Assembly: GCA_035533215.1 (NCBI GenBank)
Contig: DATLUG010000042.1
Location: forward strand, 16,330 to 80,329
Direction: 5' to 3'
From: Candidatus Micrarchaeia archaeon
GTDB taxonomy: Bacteria > Chloroflexota > Dormibacteria > Aeolococcales > Bog-877
Length of the DNA stretch: 64,000 nt
The position numbers were made by a program, and so were the translations under genes. The notes under the pieces are model-generated. The model was not told the origin of the DNA. It did not search any database and saw only the letters and a list, made by a program, of their open reading frames with translations. This document shows positions 17,401-24,557 of the stretch, piece after piece; position 1 is the stretch's first letter; each line of letters begins with the position of its first letter.

Positions 17401-19011
17401 GATGGGCGGATTGGTCACCTGGGCGAAGCCCTGCGCGAGGTAGTCGTAGGCGAGCCGCGGAAGGGGCGAGAGGACCGCCAGGGTGAGGTCGTTGCCCATC
17501 GAGGCGGTCGCCTCGTGGCCGGTCCCCGCTGCCGGCGCCACCACCTGCTCCAGCTCCTCCTCGCTGTAGCCGAAGAGGCGGTGGCGGGTGGCCAGCTCCT
17601 CCAGGGCGGGGGCGGACGCGGCCGGCTCGAGGTCACGGGGGAGGCTGCTGGAGTGGGCGTCGAGGGCGGCCCCCCACGGCCGCCGCCGCGCCACCCGGCG
17701 CTTGACCTGACCGTCGAGGACCACCCGCCCGGTGTCGGGCTCGACCACCAGCATGCTGCCGGGGTGCAGGCGTCCCAATCGCGACACCCGGCTCGGGGGG
17801 ACGTCCACCACGCCCGCCTCGGACGCGAGCACGACGAGGCCGTCGCAGGTGACGACGTAGCGAGCCGGCCGCAGCCCGTTGCGGTCGAGCACGGCGGTGA
17901 CCGTGCGCCCGTCGCTGGCGACGATCGCGGCTGGCCCGTCCCATGGCTCCAGCAACCGCGCCTGGTGCCGGTAGAAGTCCCGCAGCCGGGTGGGGATCAG
18001 CGGGTCGCCCTCCCACCCTTCCGGCACCATGGTGCAGAGCGCCTCCGGCAGTGATCGGCCGCTGCGCACGAGCAGCTCCAGCGTGTTGTCGAAGGCCGCT
18101 GAGTCGCTGCCCCCGGGCTCGATCACGGGCAGCACCGCCGCCGGCTCGCCTCCAGCGACCGGATGACGGAACCCCCGCTCGCGGGCGCGCATCCAGTTGA
18201 CATTGCCGCGCAGGGTGTTGATCTCGCCGTTGTGGGCGGCGAGGCGGAAGGGCTGGGCCAGACGCCAGCTCGGTTCGGTGTTGGTGCTGAAGCGCTGGTG
18301 CACCACCGCCAGCTGGCTGCGGCAGTCCGCCGATACCAGGTCCGGGTAGTGGGCGGGGAGCTGGGCCGCCGTGAGCTGGCCCTTGTAGACCACGGTGCGG
18401 GTGGAGCAGCTGGCCACGTGGGCGAGGTCCGCCGACCGGGGGTCGGCGAAGTCGATGCGCTGCACCGCCGCCTCGATCGCCTTGCGGGCGCGGTAGCAGC
18501 GATCCTCGGCCGTGGCGCGGCGGGGCCCGCAGGCGACCACGCACTGGCGCACGACCGGACGGGCGCTGCGCGCCACCGGGCCGGCGGCGCGCGGGCGGCT
18601 TGGAACGTCCCGCCAGGCGATCAGGGCGAGTCCGTGCTGCGCCAGCAGGAGGGTGGCGGTGGCCTCGACCGCGCGGCGGTCGCCCGGGTGGCGGGGGAGG
18701 AACAGCATCGCCACCGCATAGCGCCCGGCCGGCGGTGGGACCACCCCGGAGCGGGCCAGGTCCCGGCGGAGGACCGCGTCGGGGATCTGGAGCAGGATGC
18801 CGGCGCCGTCGCCGGAGCGGGGGTCGGCCCCCACCGCCCCGCGGTGAGCGAGGCGTCGAAGCACGGAGAGGGCTGTCTGCACCACCTCCCGTGAGGCCGG
18901 TCGCCCCAGGCTGGCGACGAACCCCACACCGCAGCCGTCGTGCTCGTGGGCGGGATCGTACAGCCCGTGGGTGGCGGGAGGTCCGGGACGGGAGCGGGGC
19001 TCAGTGGCCAA
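14467..19011 (-). CDS. gltB: glutamate synthase large subunit
   Basis: 1514 aa. Amidotransferase CGVGFVAS after a ~26 aa propeptide, plus FMN and GXGXG domains. TTG start at 19011, with no other in-frame start upstream of GLYDP. Confidence 0.95.
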   Translation of the reverse strand: MATEPRSRPGPPATHGLYDPAHEHDGCGVGFVASLGRPASREVVQTALSVLRRLAHRGAVGADPRSGDGAGILLQIPDAVLRRDLARSGVVPPPAGRYAVAMLFLPRHPGDRRAVEATATLLLAQHGLALIAWRDVPSRPRAAGPVARSARPVVRQCVVACGPRRATAEDRCYRARKAIEAAVQRIDFADPRSADLAHVASCSTRTVVYKGQLTAAQLPAHYPDLVSADCRSQLAVVHQRFSTNTEPSWRLAQPFRLAAHNGEINTLRGNVNWMRARERGFRHPVAGGEPAAVLPVIEPGGSDSAAFDNTLELLVRSGRSLPEALCTMVPEGWEGDPLIPTRLRDFYRHQARLLEPWDGPAAIVASDGRTVTAVLDRNGLRPARYVVTCDGLVVLASEAGVVDVPPSRVSRLGRLHPGSMLVVEPDTGRVVLDGQVKRRVARRRPWGAALDAHSSSLPRDLEPAASAPALEELATRHRLFGYSEEELEQVVAPAAGTGHEATASMGNDLTLAVLSPLPRLAYDYLAQGFAQVTNPPIDPIRERCMMSLAMELGGGGDLLDPRPQAICRLRTERPVLTASELRWVRATQPLGLRSRTLAAVFPAARGARGLDRALARLCAGADAAIRDGVRLLVLSDATAGEHLAPAPMLLAVGAVHHHLVRSGTRAKLSLLVESDEPRSVHHLACLLGQGAEAVHPRLALETAAALSGADGALRMIATFTEGIGKVMSKMGISTLAGYCGAQVMEAVGVDQTVVDRCWPGTPARLGGATLAVLAEETLIRHRDAYPGPDTARPPQLGSSHRWRTGGEPHGWTAATVAALQHAVRTADDQRFADYCRLADGEDEPPVTLRHLLEPAPAVAIPLDTVEPVEAIVRRFATGAMSLGSLSTEAHETLAVAMNRMGARSNTGEGGEDDARFRPQPGGDSRRSAVKQVASARFGVTVDYLVNADDLQIKIAQGAKPGEGGQLPGHKVDAVIARVRRSTPGVELISPPPHHDIYSIEDLAQLIWDLKQANPDARVSVKLVAEAGVGTVAAGVAKARADHITISGYDGGTGAAPLSSIKHAGVPWELGLAETQQTLVRQGLRDRVTLQTDGGLKTGRDVVIACLLGAEEFGFATAALVASGCVLMRVCHLNTCPVGVATQDPVLRRRFGGTPEHVVRFFMLVGADVRRWMARLGFVSMDQMVGRVDRLRPGGRVRPWKAARVDLRGLLHPPQPSAAIRAALPTASGQRRRTRAQDHQLHTALDLRLQRGAGNALVDGAPATVRAAVRNRDRAVGSRLSGEVARRHGGGGLPPDTLRIHLSGVAGQSLGAWLAPGVTLVCRGAANDYVGKGLSGGRLVVRPPAAAGYAAEDNVIVGNVVLYGATAGEAYFRGQAGERFGVRNSGATAVVEGIGDHGCEYMTGGMVLVLGMVGRNFGAGMTGGVAFVLDHRSRVHRHANRESVVLGGARSEEMEMVGELLRRHHHLTRSPVAAAWLRDWPRAAARLVAVRPAFRPPPANHLPVHSPSAPARIVA

Positions 19012-19045
19012 TTGGTGCGGTGAGGACGAGCGGATGGCGATGGGG

Positions 19046-19079
19046 AAAAAAAACGGCCCCCCGAAACTCGGGGGGCCGG
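19046..19079 (-). terminator. intrinsic terminator in the gltB 5' leader
   Basis: The minus strand reads CGGCCCCCCG-AGTTT-CGGGGGGCCG followed by TTTTTTTT. It ends 34 nt before the gltB start codon. Confidence 0.75.
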
Positions 19080-19199
19080 TCGGCTACGAAGAAGCGCTGG
19101 ACGCGCTAGCCGGCCGGCCCGCCTGCTGCGGGGGTGGGGGCGATCATCGAGCCCGCGACGGTCGGCACGGTGGGCTGGCTGGCGTCCAAGGTGGACTCA

Positions 19200-19228
19200 T
19201 TTATACCGGCGCGGTGAGGGGCTGTCAA
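19200..19228 (-). promoter_or_regulatory. sigma70-consensus promoter driving the gltB leader
   Basis: The minus strand reads TTGACA (19228-19223), a 17-nt spacer, then TATAAA (19205-19200). Predicted transcription start is near 19193. Confidence 0.65.
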
Positions 19229-19509
19229 GGACGGGCGGCGGGCCGGCAGTGGGGAGCGTTGGCGGCCTGTCACATCTCGGCCGCGGATCTCGGGCCGGCA
19301 TGGAGTCGTGGCTGAAGGTCCAGGCAGGAAGGACCGCGACGGCAACGCCCTCGCCCGGGCGATCGTGACCGGGCGACCGAGGGGGCATGCTTGGAGCCCG
19401 AGCTGGACACGAGGCGGCTGCGGTGGCCCGGGGTCGCCCCGAGGGCGAAAGGGTGGGAGGGCTCGAGCAGCCAAGCTCAGTTCGGAGGCAGGGAGCGCGG
19501 CCTGAACAC

Positions 19510-19745
19510 GTTGGCAGGGGGGCGCTGTTGCGACGCGAGGGGCTGTACGGCTCGCTGCTCTCGGAGCGGCGCCGGCAGCGGGATCGGGGCGGCCCGGTGG
19601 CGCTGACGCAGCCAGCCGGGCGTCGGCCCGCGGACCCACGCGATCACACCATCGCCAAGGTGGAGGCGCACGGCCGGCGCGGCGACCTCGGCTGGCGAGC
19701 CACGGTGATCAGGGCGACGGGGACGGCCTTCGAGGACCGGGCCGC
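19510..19745 (+). pseudogene. IS3-type orfA (HTH/leucine-zipper ORF) remnant
   Basis: GALLRREGLYGSLLSERRRQRDRGGPVALTQPAGRRPADPRDHTIAKVEA... resembles, from memory, the ...LRREGLYSSHL..WRRQRD...RGRKP... region of IS3-type orfA proteins. No intact start and no orfB. Confidence 0.3.
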
Positions 19746-19872
19746 ACCCTCCGGGCCCGCGAGCACCCGCTGCGCGGTGAGATCCCCCCAGGGCTCCGGA
19801 TCGGGGGAGGGACCCCACAGACGCGACGGATGTGGCAGGGGGCGTGATCCGTCGTAGCCGGCACCGCCAGGA

Positions 19873-20259
19873 TCAGACCGAATAGGATCGGACGTATCCT
19901 GGCAAGACTTCCCAAAGCTTGCCGATGATCGAACCGGGCGCAGCCCGCGTCAGTCGCTCCGCGAGTAGCTCCAAAGCGTTCACGGCCGCCCGCAACACCT
20001 CAGGGTCGGCCCCGCCGAGTGCGTCGGCGAGCTCCCGGTCGATGGGGCCGGCTCCCTTTCGCGCCACCGCGCGTGTGTGCTCTGGGAGAAGGTGGACAAG
20101 AGGGCGACGCATGTCAGCGGGGTCCGCCTCCGTTGAGACGAGCCCCTCGTCGCGCAGCTTGGCGACCGATGCGGATACACAGCTCGGAGGCAGGGCTGTT
20201 CGCTCGGCGATCTCATTGATCGACGCGTCGGGATTCGCGACGACGTCCAGAGCACCCGG
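19873..20259 (-). CDS. MarR-like winged-helix regulator, 5' end apparently frameshifted
   Basis: LDVVANPDASINEIAERTALPPSCVSASVAKLRDEGLVSTEADPADMRRPLVHLLPEH is a MarR-type wHTH. The frame opens right after a TAG (20260-62) with no canonical start. A GTG at 20296 in another frame gives a plausible N-terminus (VPSQSALSQAILAG). The last ~15 codons have low GC3. Confidence 0.55.
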   Translation of the reverse strand, partial: PGALDVVANPDASINEIAERTALPPSCVSASVAKLRDEGLVSTEADPADMRRPLVHLLPEHTRAVARKGAGPIDRELADALGGADPEVLRAAVNALELLAERLTRAAPGSIIGKLWEVLPGYVRSYSV

Positions 20260-20309
20260 CTAGGATCGCCTGTGAGAGCGCGGATTGGCTGGGCACCGTC
20301 CACGGCAGG

Positions 20310-20555
20310 CTAGAGCAGGCTCTCCACGGGGTGGACGTCGCCACAGGTGACCCCGAGGGCAGCGTGATGCTTGCGCACCGCTTCCGCATCGGGTGCCTCC
20401 ACCAGGCAGTAGACCTGCCCTTCAGGGTTATGGTAGGCCTCAAGCTGCCGCACCCCGAACTCGTCCCGGGTTCCGGTCCGTGTGACGTCTGCGATGGACT
20501 TGAGCGTCTCGGGGGGTAGCTTCAGGTCGCTGTGGAAGTCCATAAACTTGGGCAC
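20310..20555 (-). CDS. DUF4242 (SCO4226-like) small protein
   Basis: (M)PKFMDFHSDLKLPPETLKSIADVTRTGTRDEFGVRQLEAYHNPEGQVYCLVEAPDAEAVRKHHAALGV. GTG at 20555 preceded by GGAGGAGGAG. Confidence 0.85.
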   Translation of the reverse strand: MPKFMDFHSDLKLPPETLKSIADVTRTGTRDEFGVRQLEAYHNPEGQVYCLVEAPDAEAVRKHHAALGVTCGDVHPVESLL

Positions 20556-21004
20556 TGTCTCCTCCTCCGTGTCAAGTGGGGGGCGTCGCCACCCCGGCCA
20601 ACTTCCAGCACGATACACTCATCTCTAAGGCACGTGTGACCACGCTCGCCGAGGATTCCGTACGCGTTCACCAGTCGGCGGCCGGCCCCGGCGCCAGTTC
20701 GCCCGCGCGCGCCACGGGAACTCCTTGGGTTGAGCGGTGCCGGTGGCGGGCTGACCGGCCACCTCTGCTAGGGCCATGGCGGGCCTCCACTCTTCGCGGC
20801 ACCGATCGGTGCCCCACGGCCGCTGGTATAGCACCGGTCCACACCCTCGTCAAGCGTGCTGACCGCACCCCCAGGGCGACGTCAAAGTCGGGGGCGCTGA
20901 ACTGAGGGGCGGGGGGCTGGCTTTGTCGGCGGCGGTGCGGGATACCCGCGGGGATGGACCCCTTGGGGGCCGGCGGGGCCGACGCGGCGACCGATCGCGG
21001 GCGG

Positions 21005-21220
21005 GTGGTGGTGCGGCTGGCGGAGCCGGACTAGGGGAGCCGCTGGGCCGAGCGGATGAGGGCCCATCACGACCTCGGATTCCCGGATCCTGGTGGGCGA
21101 GTCGCTGACGTACATCGCGGAGCACAGGGCCGCTGGGTCGCGCTGCTGGGATGGGGGGCCGCCGCCTTCAAGTGCGGGCCGCGGGACCGCTGGATCGGCT
21201 GGACCCCGAGCCAGCAGAAG
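21005..21220 (+). pseudogene. DUF4338-domain gene fragment (in-frame stop, frameshifts, 3' truncation)
   Basis: VVRLAEPD*GSRWAERMRAHHDLGF, then LVGESLTYIAEH in a second frame, then GRWVALLGWGAAAFKCGPRDRWIGWTPSQQ in a third. Similarity ends abruptly at ~21220. Confidence 0.55.
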
Positions 21221-21229
21221 GTCATATGG

Positions 21230-21382
21230 TTTGTCAAGCCCGTCGACAAGTTCAGTGATAGCGACGGGTTCGTCGCAATCGGAACAGGGGCCACCACGTC
21301 CGATCCGCCGCATGAAGGGTCCGCACTCGTCACAGCGCTGCTCGCCGATCTCGCGAGCCTCGCAGGGTGGGCACTCATACAC
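21230..21382 (-). pseudogene. small double-CxxC zinc-ribbon gene, truncated or fused at its 3' end
   Basis: GTG at 21382 abuts the IS end. VYECPPCEAREIGEQRCDECGPFMRRIGRGGPCSDCDEPVAITELV. GC3 then collapses and the frame runs on, without a stop, antisense to the DUF4338 fragment. Confidence 0.5.
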
Positions 21383-21385
21383 TGT

Positions 21386-23015
21386 CAGCCTCGATATTTC
21401 ACCAGCCGGGGAGTGACGGGCGGGCTGCGGTTTAAGAAGGCCCATCCGATGGGGAGGATCTGGGTGTTGGATCCGGAACTCTCCCTCGGAGGGCCTTCAC
21501 CGTGGACGTGGGGCACACTCGCCGCCGCCCGCGCCTCCACGTGACCGCGGATGGGCCGGGCTTGGTCACCCATGCCTGGGTCCGGCTGCTCAGCGATCTG
21601 GTGGAGCGCAGCGGCTGGCGACGGCGCGGACGGCGGCCGTGGCCGCCGCGCAGTCGCGGCGAGGGCCTGGCCGACCGCCCAGGACGGCCCGCCCAGCCGG
21701 AGTGTTTCGGGCTGGTCGCCCCGCCGGCCACCGCCTGGCGGTACCTGACCGGGATCACGGCAGAGCAGCTGGCGGCCCTGCAAGCGGCGCAGGCGTCGGC
21801 GCGGGCGTGGGCGTGGCGGCACGGGGCCGCCCCGGCGCGGGTGACGTCGGACGTCGACGCCCCCCTGGTCACCGCCGACAGTGAGAAGGAGCGGGCGGCG
21901 CCCACGCACACGCGCGGCTACGGGTTCCACCCCCTCCTGGTGACCTGGACGAGACCCGCGAAGCCCTCGCCGGGCAGCTACGGCCGGGCAATGCCGGCGC
22001 CAACACCGCCGCCGATCACGTGGCCCGCCTCGAGGACGCCGTGGCCCAGCTGCCGCGGCCGACGCGGGCCCAGGACCCCGGGCACGGGCTCGAGGTGCTG
22101 GTGCGGGCCGACTCGGCCGGCGCCACCCACGGCTTCGTCGACGCGATCGTCGCCCGCGGCCTGGAGTTCTCGATCGGCTTCGACGTCACCGAGCCGGTCC
22201 GCGACGCCATCCTGGCGCCGCCGAAGCGGGCCCGGGTCGCGGCGATCCAGCAGGACCGGGAGCGGCGGGAGGGCGCAGGGGTCGCCGAGATCACGGACCG
22301 TCTGGATCTGCGCGCGTGGCCGGCGGGCACCCGCGTCATCGTCCGGCGCGAGGCGCCGCATCCCGGGGCGCAGTTCACCCGCTTCGATCCTCAGGGGTGG
22401 CGCCACCAGGCGTTCATGACCAACGGCGATGATCCCGACCGGGCCTACCTCGAAGCCCGCCAGCGCGGGCATGCTCGGGTCGAGGACCGGATCCGCACCG
22501 GCAAGGACTGCGGCCTGCGCACCTTCCCCTGCCTCGCCTTCGCGGCGAACGCGGTGTGGCTGCTGTGCGTGCAACTCGCCAGGACCTGCTGGCGTGGGCG
22601 CGGGCCTGTGGTCTGGAGGGACCGCTGCGACGTGCCGAGCCGAAGCGGCTGCGCTACGCGCTCTGGCATGGTCCAGGACGGCTGGTGCGCACCGGACGGC
22701 GCTGGCTCCCCTGCCTGGACCACCGCTGGAGGTGGGCGCGGTTGCTCGCGGCCGCCTTCCACCGCCTGCAGGCGCTGCCCCTCGCGGCCTGACCGCGCCG
22801 CCGACCCGTTGGCGATGACCCCGCGGGTGACGGAGGTTGGCGCACGCCCTCGCCCATCCCCGACTGGCCCGCCGCCCCTCCTGGCACGGCTCCCCGAGCC
22901 GTCTGCCCGCCCGTCAGACCCCTCCGCACGCCGATGGTCCTACGCGGACATCCCGGCAGTCTCCCCGGGGCCCCTTCGTCGCCCGTTTCCACCCCCTGAT
23001 GAAATAGCGAGGCTG
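21386..23015 (+). mobile_element. IS1380-family insertion sequence (about 1.63 kb), decayed
   Basis: Terminal inverted repeats CAGCCTCGATATTTCACCAG (21386-21405) and CTGATGAAATAGCGAGGCTG (22996-23015) match at 18/20 positions. They enclose an IS1380-type DDE transposase reading frame. Confidence 0.8.
21520..22792 (+). pseudogene. IS1380-family transposase, multiple frameshifts and an internal deletion
   Basis: LHVTADGPGLVTHAWVRLLSDL and DAPLVTADSEKERAAPTHTRGYGFHPLL, then a frame change at ~21935-21945 to LDETREALAGQLRPGNAGANTAADHVARLEDAVAQLP...RADSAGATHGFVD...HARVEDRIRTGKDCGLR. A second change at ~22550-22590 leads to LLAWARACGLEGPLRRAEPKRLRYALWHGPGRLVRTGRRW. A shortened region near 21610-21680 suggests a deletion. 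Confidence 0.8.
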
Positions 23016-23130
23016 GGCTAGGCGAGGTCCCGTGGGAAGCCAGTTCCGGGTGGGCCGCGGAGAGACTGTTCGCCGATTCTCACCAGCTGGAGTCCGCGTT
23101 GGATGAGGCTCAGGCGTCCACATCGGTCAC

Positions 23131-23152
23131 CGTGCATCGGCACCGATGCACG
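23131..23152. repeat. perfect 10-bp-arm palindrome
   Basis: CGTGCATCGG-CA-CCGATGCACG, ~115 nt right of the IS end and ~200 nt upstream of the VOC gene. Confidence 0.6.
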
Positions 23153-23352
23153 TACAACCTACCGAACCGGTATGGGGCTTGACTCCGGTCCAGCCATGCC
23201 TGGAGTTGGCCCGGATACGCGCCCGCGCCCGCGATCAGACCTGTTTCAAGCCCCGCCTCGCCCAGGAGAGATGAGCCCTGGGGGCGGACCTTGCTTGGAG
23301 AGGCGCCTGCGGCGCCCAGGAGCCCGCAGTTCTCATGTCCTGCTAGAGTGCT

Positions 23353-23802
23353 GTGACCGCTGGAACCGGGAGGACGGCAGTGGCGGATCACGACTCCGCA
23401 GCACCATCGACGGCTATCTCAGTGATGCTCATCGTCCCCGATGCGGAAGCTGCGGTTCACTGGTACCGCGGGGCTCTGGGGGCGCGCGAGCTTTGGAATC
23501 TGGGCGGCGTCGCTGGCTTGGAGATCGCGGGAGCACCCTTCTTCCTGCACCAAGTCAACCCGGCCAATCCGACGGAGTTGAGCCCCGATCGCGCGGGGTC
23601 CACCAGCACGCGCATAGAACTCTTCGTCGACGATCCCGATCGCCTGCTCGACCAGGCGATCGCCCATGGAGCCTCGCCGGGCTCCGAGGTGGAGGACCAT
23701 GAGGTGCCGTGGGGAATCCACCGCCAAGGTGGCTTCCGCGATCCATTCGGGCACAACTGGTCGGTCGGAGATCGCTCGCCGCTCCACCAGTGGGTCCCCT
23801 GA
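23353..23802 (+). CDS. VOC-family (glyoxalase/bleomycin-resistance/PhnB-like) protein
   Basis: ISVMLIVPDAEAAVHWYRGALGARE...RIELFVDDPDRLLDQAIAHGA...VPWGIHRQGGFRDPFGHNWSV. Start is GTG at 23353 or GTG at 23380. Confidence 0.85.
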   Translation: MTAGTGRTAVADHDSAAPSTAISVMLIVPDAEAAVHWYRGALGARELWNLGGVAGLEIAGAPFFLHQVNPANPTELSPDRAGSTSTRIELFVDDPDRLLDQAIAHGASPGSEVEDHEVPWGIHRQGGFRDPFGHNWSVGDRSPLHQWVP

Positions 23803-23804
23803 TT

Positions 23805-23841
23805 CCGAAGGACGGCTGCTCCTGCAGCCGCCCTTCGGTTT
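23805..23841 (+). terminator. intrinsic terminator after the VOC gene
   Basis: CCGAAGG-A-CGGCTGC / loop TCCT / GCAGCCG-C-CCTTCGG followed by TTT, starting 3 nt after the stop. Confidence 0.75.
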
Positions 23842-24162
23842 GAGGGCCAGCCAGGTCAGCACGGCACGGCCACATGCGCGCGGGGGTGCACGCCCGCGAC
23901 CGTGGCAACGTGGACTGCTGCCGTGACTGGTGGCCACCATCGGCCGTGGCAGCCCGGTCCATCGGATTGGGGGGAGTGCCGCCCGCGAGGGCGGTCGCAT
24001 CGAGCACCCCGCTGCGAGCAGGGCTGTCGTCGCTGCGGCCCAGTCTCCGCTGCCACCGCCGCGCCCTGATTCAGGGGGGCGACGCCGGCACGCGACGGGC
24101 GGTCGCACCATCGATGCGGGCCCGGGCCACCAGCGGAGATCCCGGTTGGGAGGACGATCGGA

Positions 24163-24393
24163 ATGGACCTCCGGCAGGCCGGCATCATCGGGGCCGTCGG
24201 GGCCGCCACCCTGGGCATCGGCGGGTGTGGTGGGGGAGCTCCCCGCGCCAGCCTCCGTGGGGAAGGGAGGGGACCGCCGCCGACACGATCGAGGGCAACC
24301 ACCTCTGCCCGTGGTCCTCGAGAGCGGGGCCGCCACCGCCAGCGTGATCGCTGCCCCCGCGTCGGCATCCGGTCGGGGCCCAGGGCACGGTGA
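24163..24393 (+). CDS. possible small lipoprotein gene, frame unstable after the signal peptide
   Basis: GGGAGGA Shine-Dalgarno sequence 8 nt upstream of the ATG. MDLRQAGIIGAVGAATLGIGGC looks like a lipobox signal. After a G-run (~24228-24238) GC3 drops in this frame and rises in another. Confidence 0.3.
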   Translation: MDLRQAGIIGAVGAATLGIGGCGGGAPRASLRGEGRGPPPTRSRATTSARGPRERGRHRQRDRCPRVGIRSGPRAR

Positions 24394-24557
24394 CCGCCGC
24401 GATCCTGCTCTTCACCAGCGAGCGGACCGTGAGGCGGGACGAGGCGGCGGCGGCCGAGGGCACCGCCATCGGCGGCCGGAGCGCCGCACCGTGATGGAGG
24501 CAACCGGCACCGAGGCCCGGGCGCCTTTGGGCCGGCACCGTTCGCGACAATTGGGGG

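Noticed and set aside
14722-18054. 1110-aa plus-strand ORF.
   Set aside because: It is entirely antisense to gltB, whose identity is unambiguous.
19046-19193. Assigning the gltB leader to the known glutamine riboswitch (glnA RNA) class.
   Set aside because: I could not recognise the conserved glutamine-riboswitch nucleotides or its compact three-stem layout. The leader is left unclassified rather than named.
19305-19345. GGTCCAGGCAGGAAGGACC, which superficially recalls the SRP RNA domain IV motif GGUCCGGAAGGAAGCAGC. More generally, I considered whether the gene-poor 19.1-19.9 kb interval hides tmRNA, RNase P RNA or SRP RNA.
   Set aside because: It is just a 5-bp hairpin. The flanks lack the rest of the SRP helix. 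I found no GAGGAAAGTCC-type RNase P box, no tmRNA 3' end (GGTTCGANTCC...CCA) and no tag ORF. The interval is better explained by the gltB leader plus an IS orfA remnant.
21005-21220. DUF4338 fragment as evidence for a Druantia-type anti-phage system.
   Set aside because: Only a ~70-codon broken fragment remains. No large helicase or other Dru-like genes are nearby. The context is IS debris.
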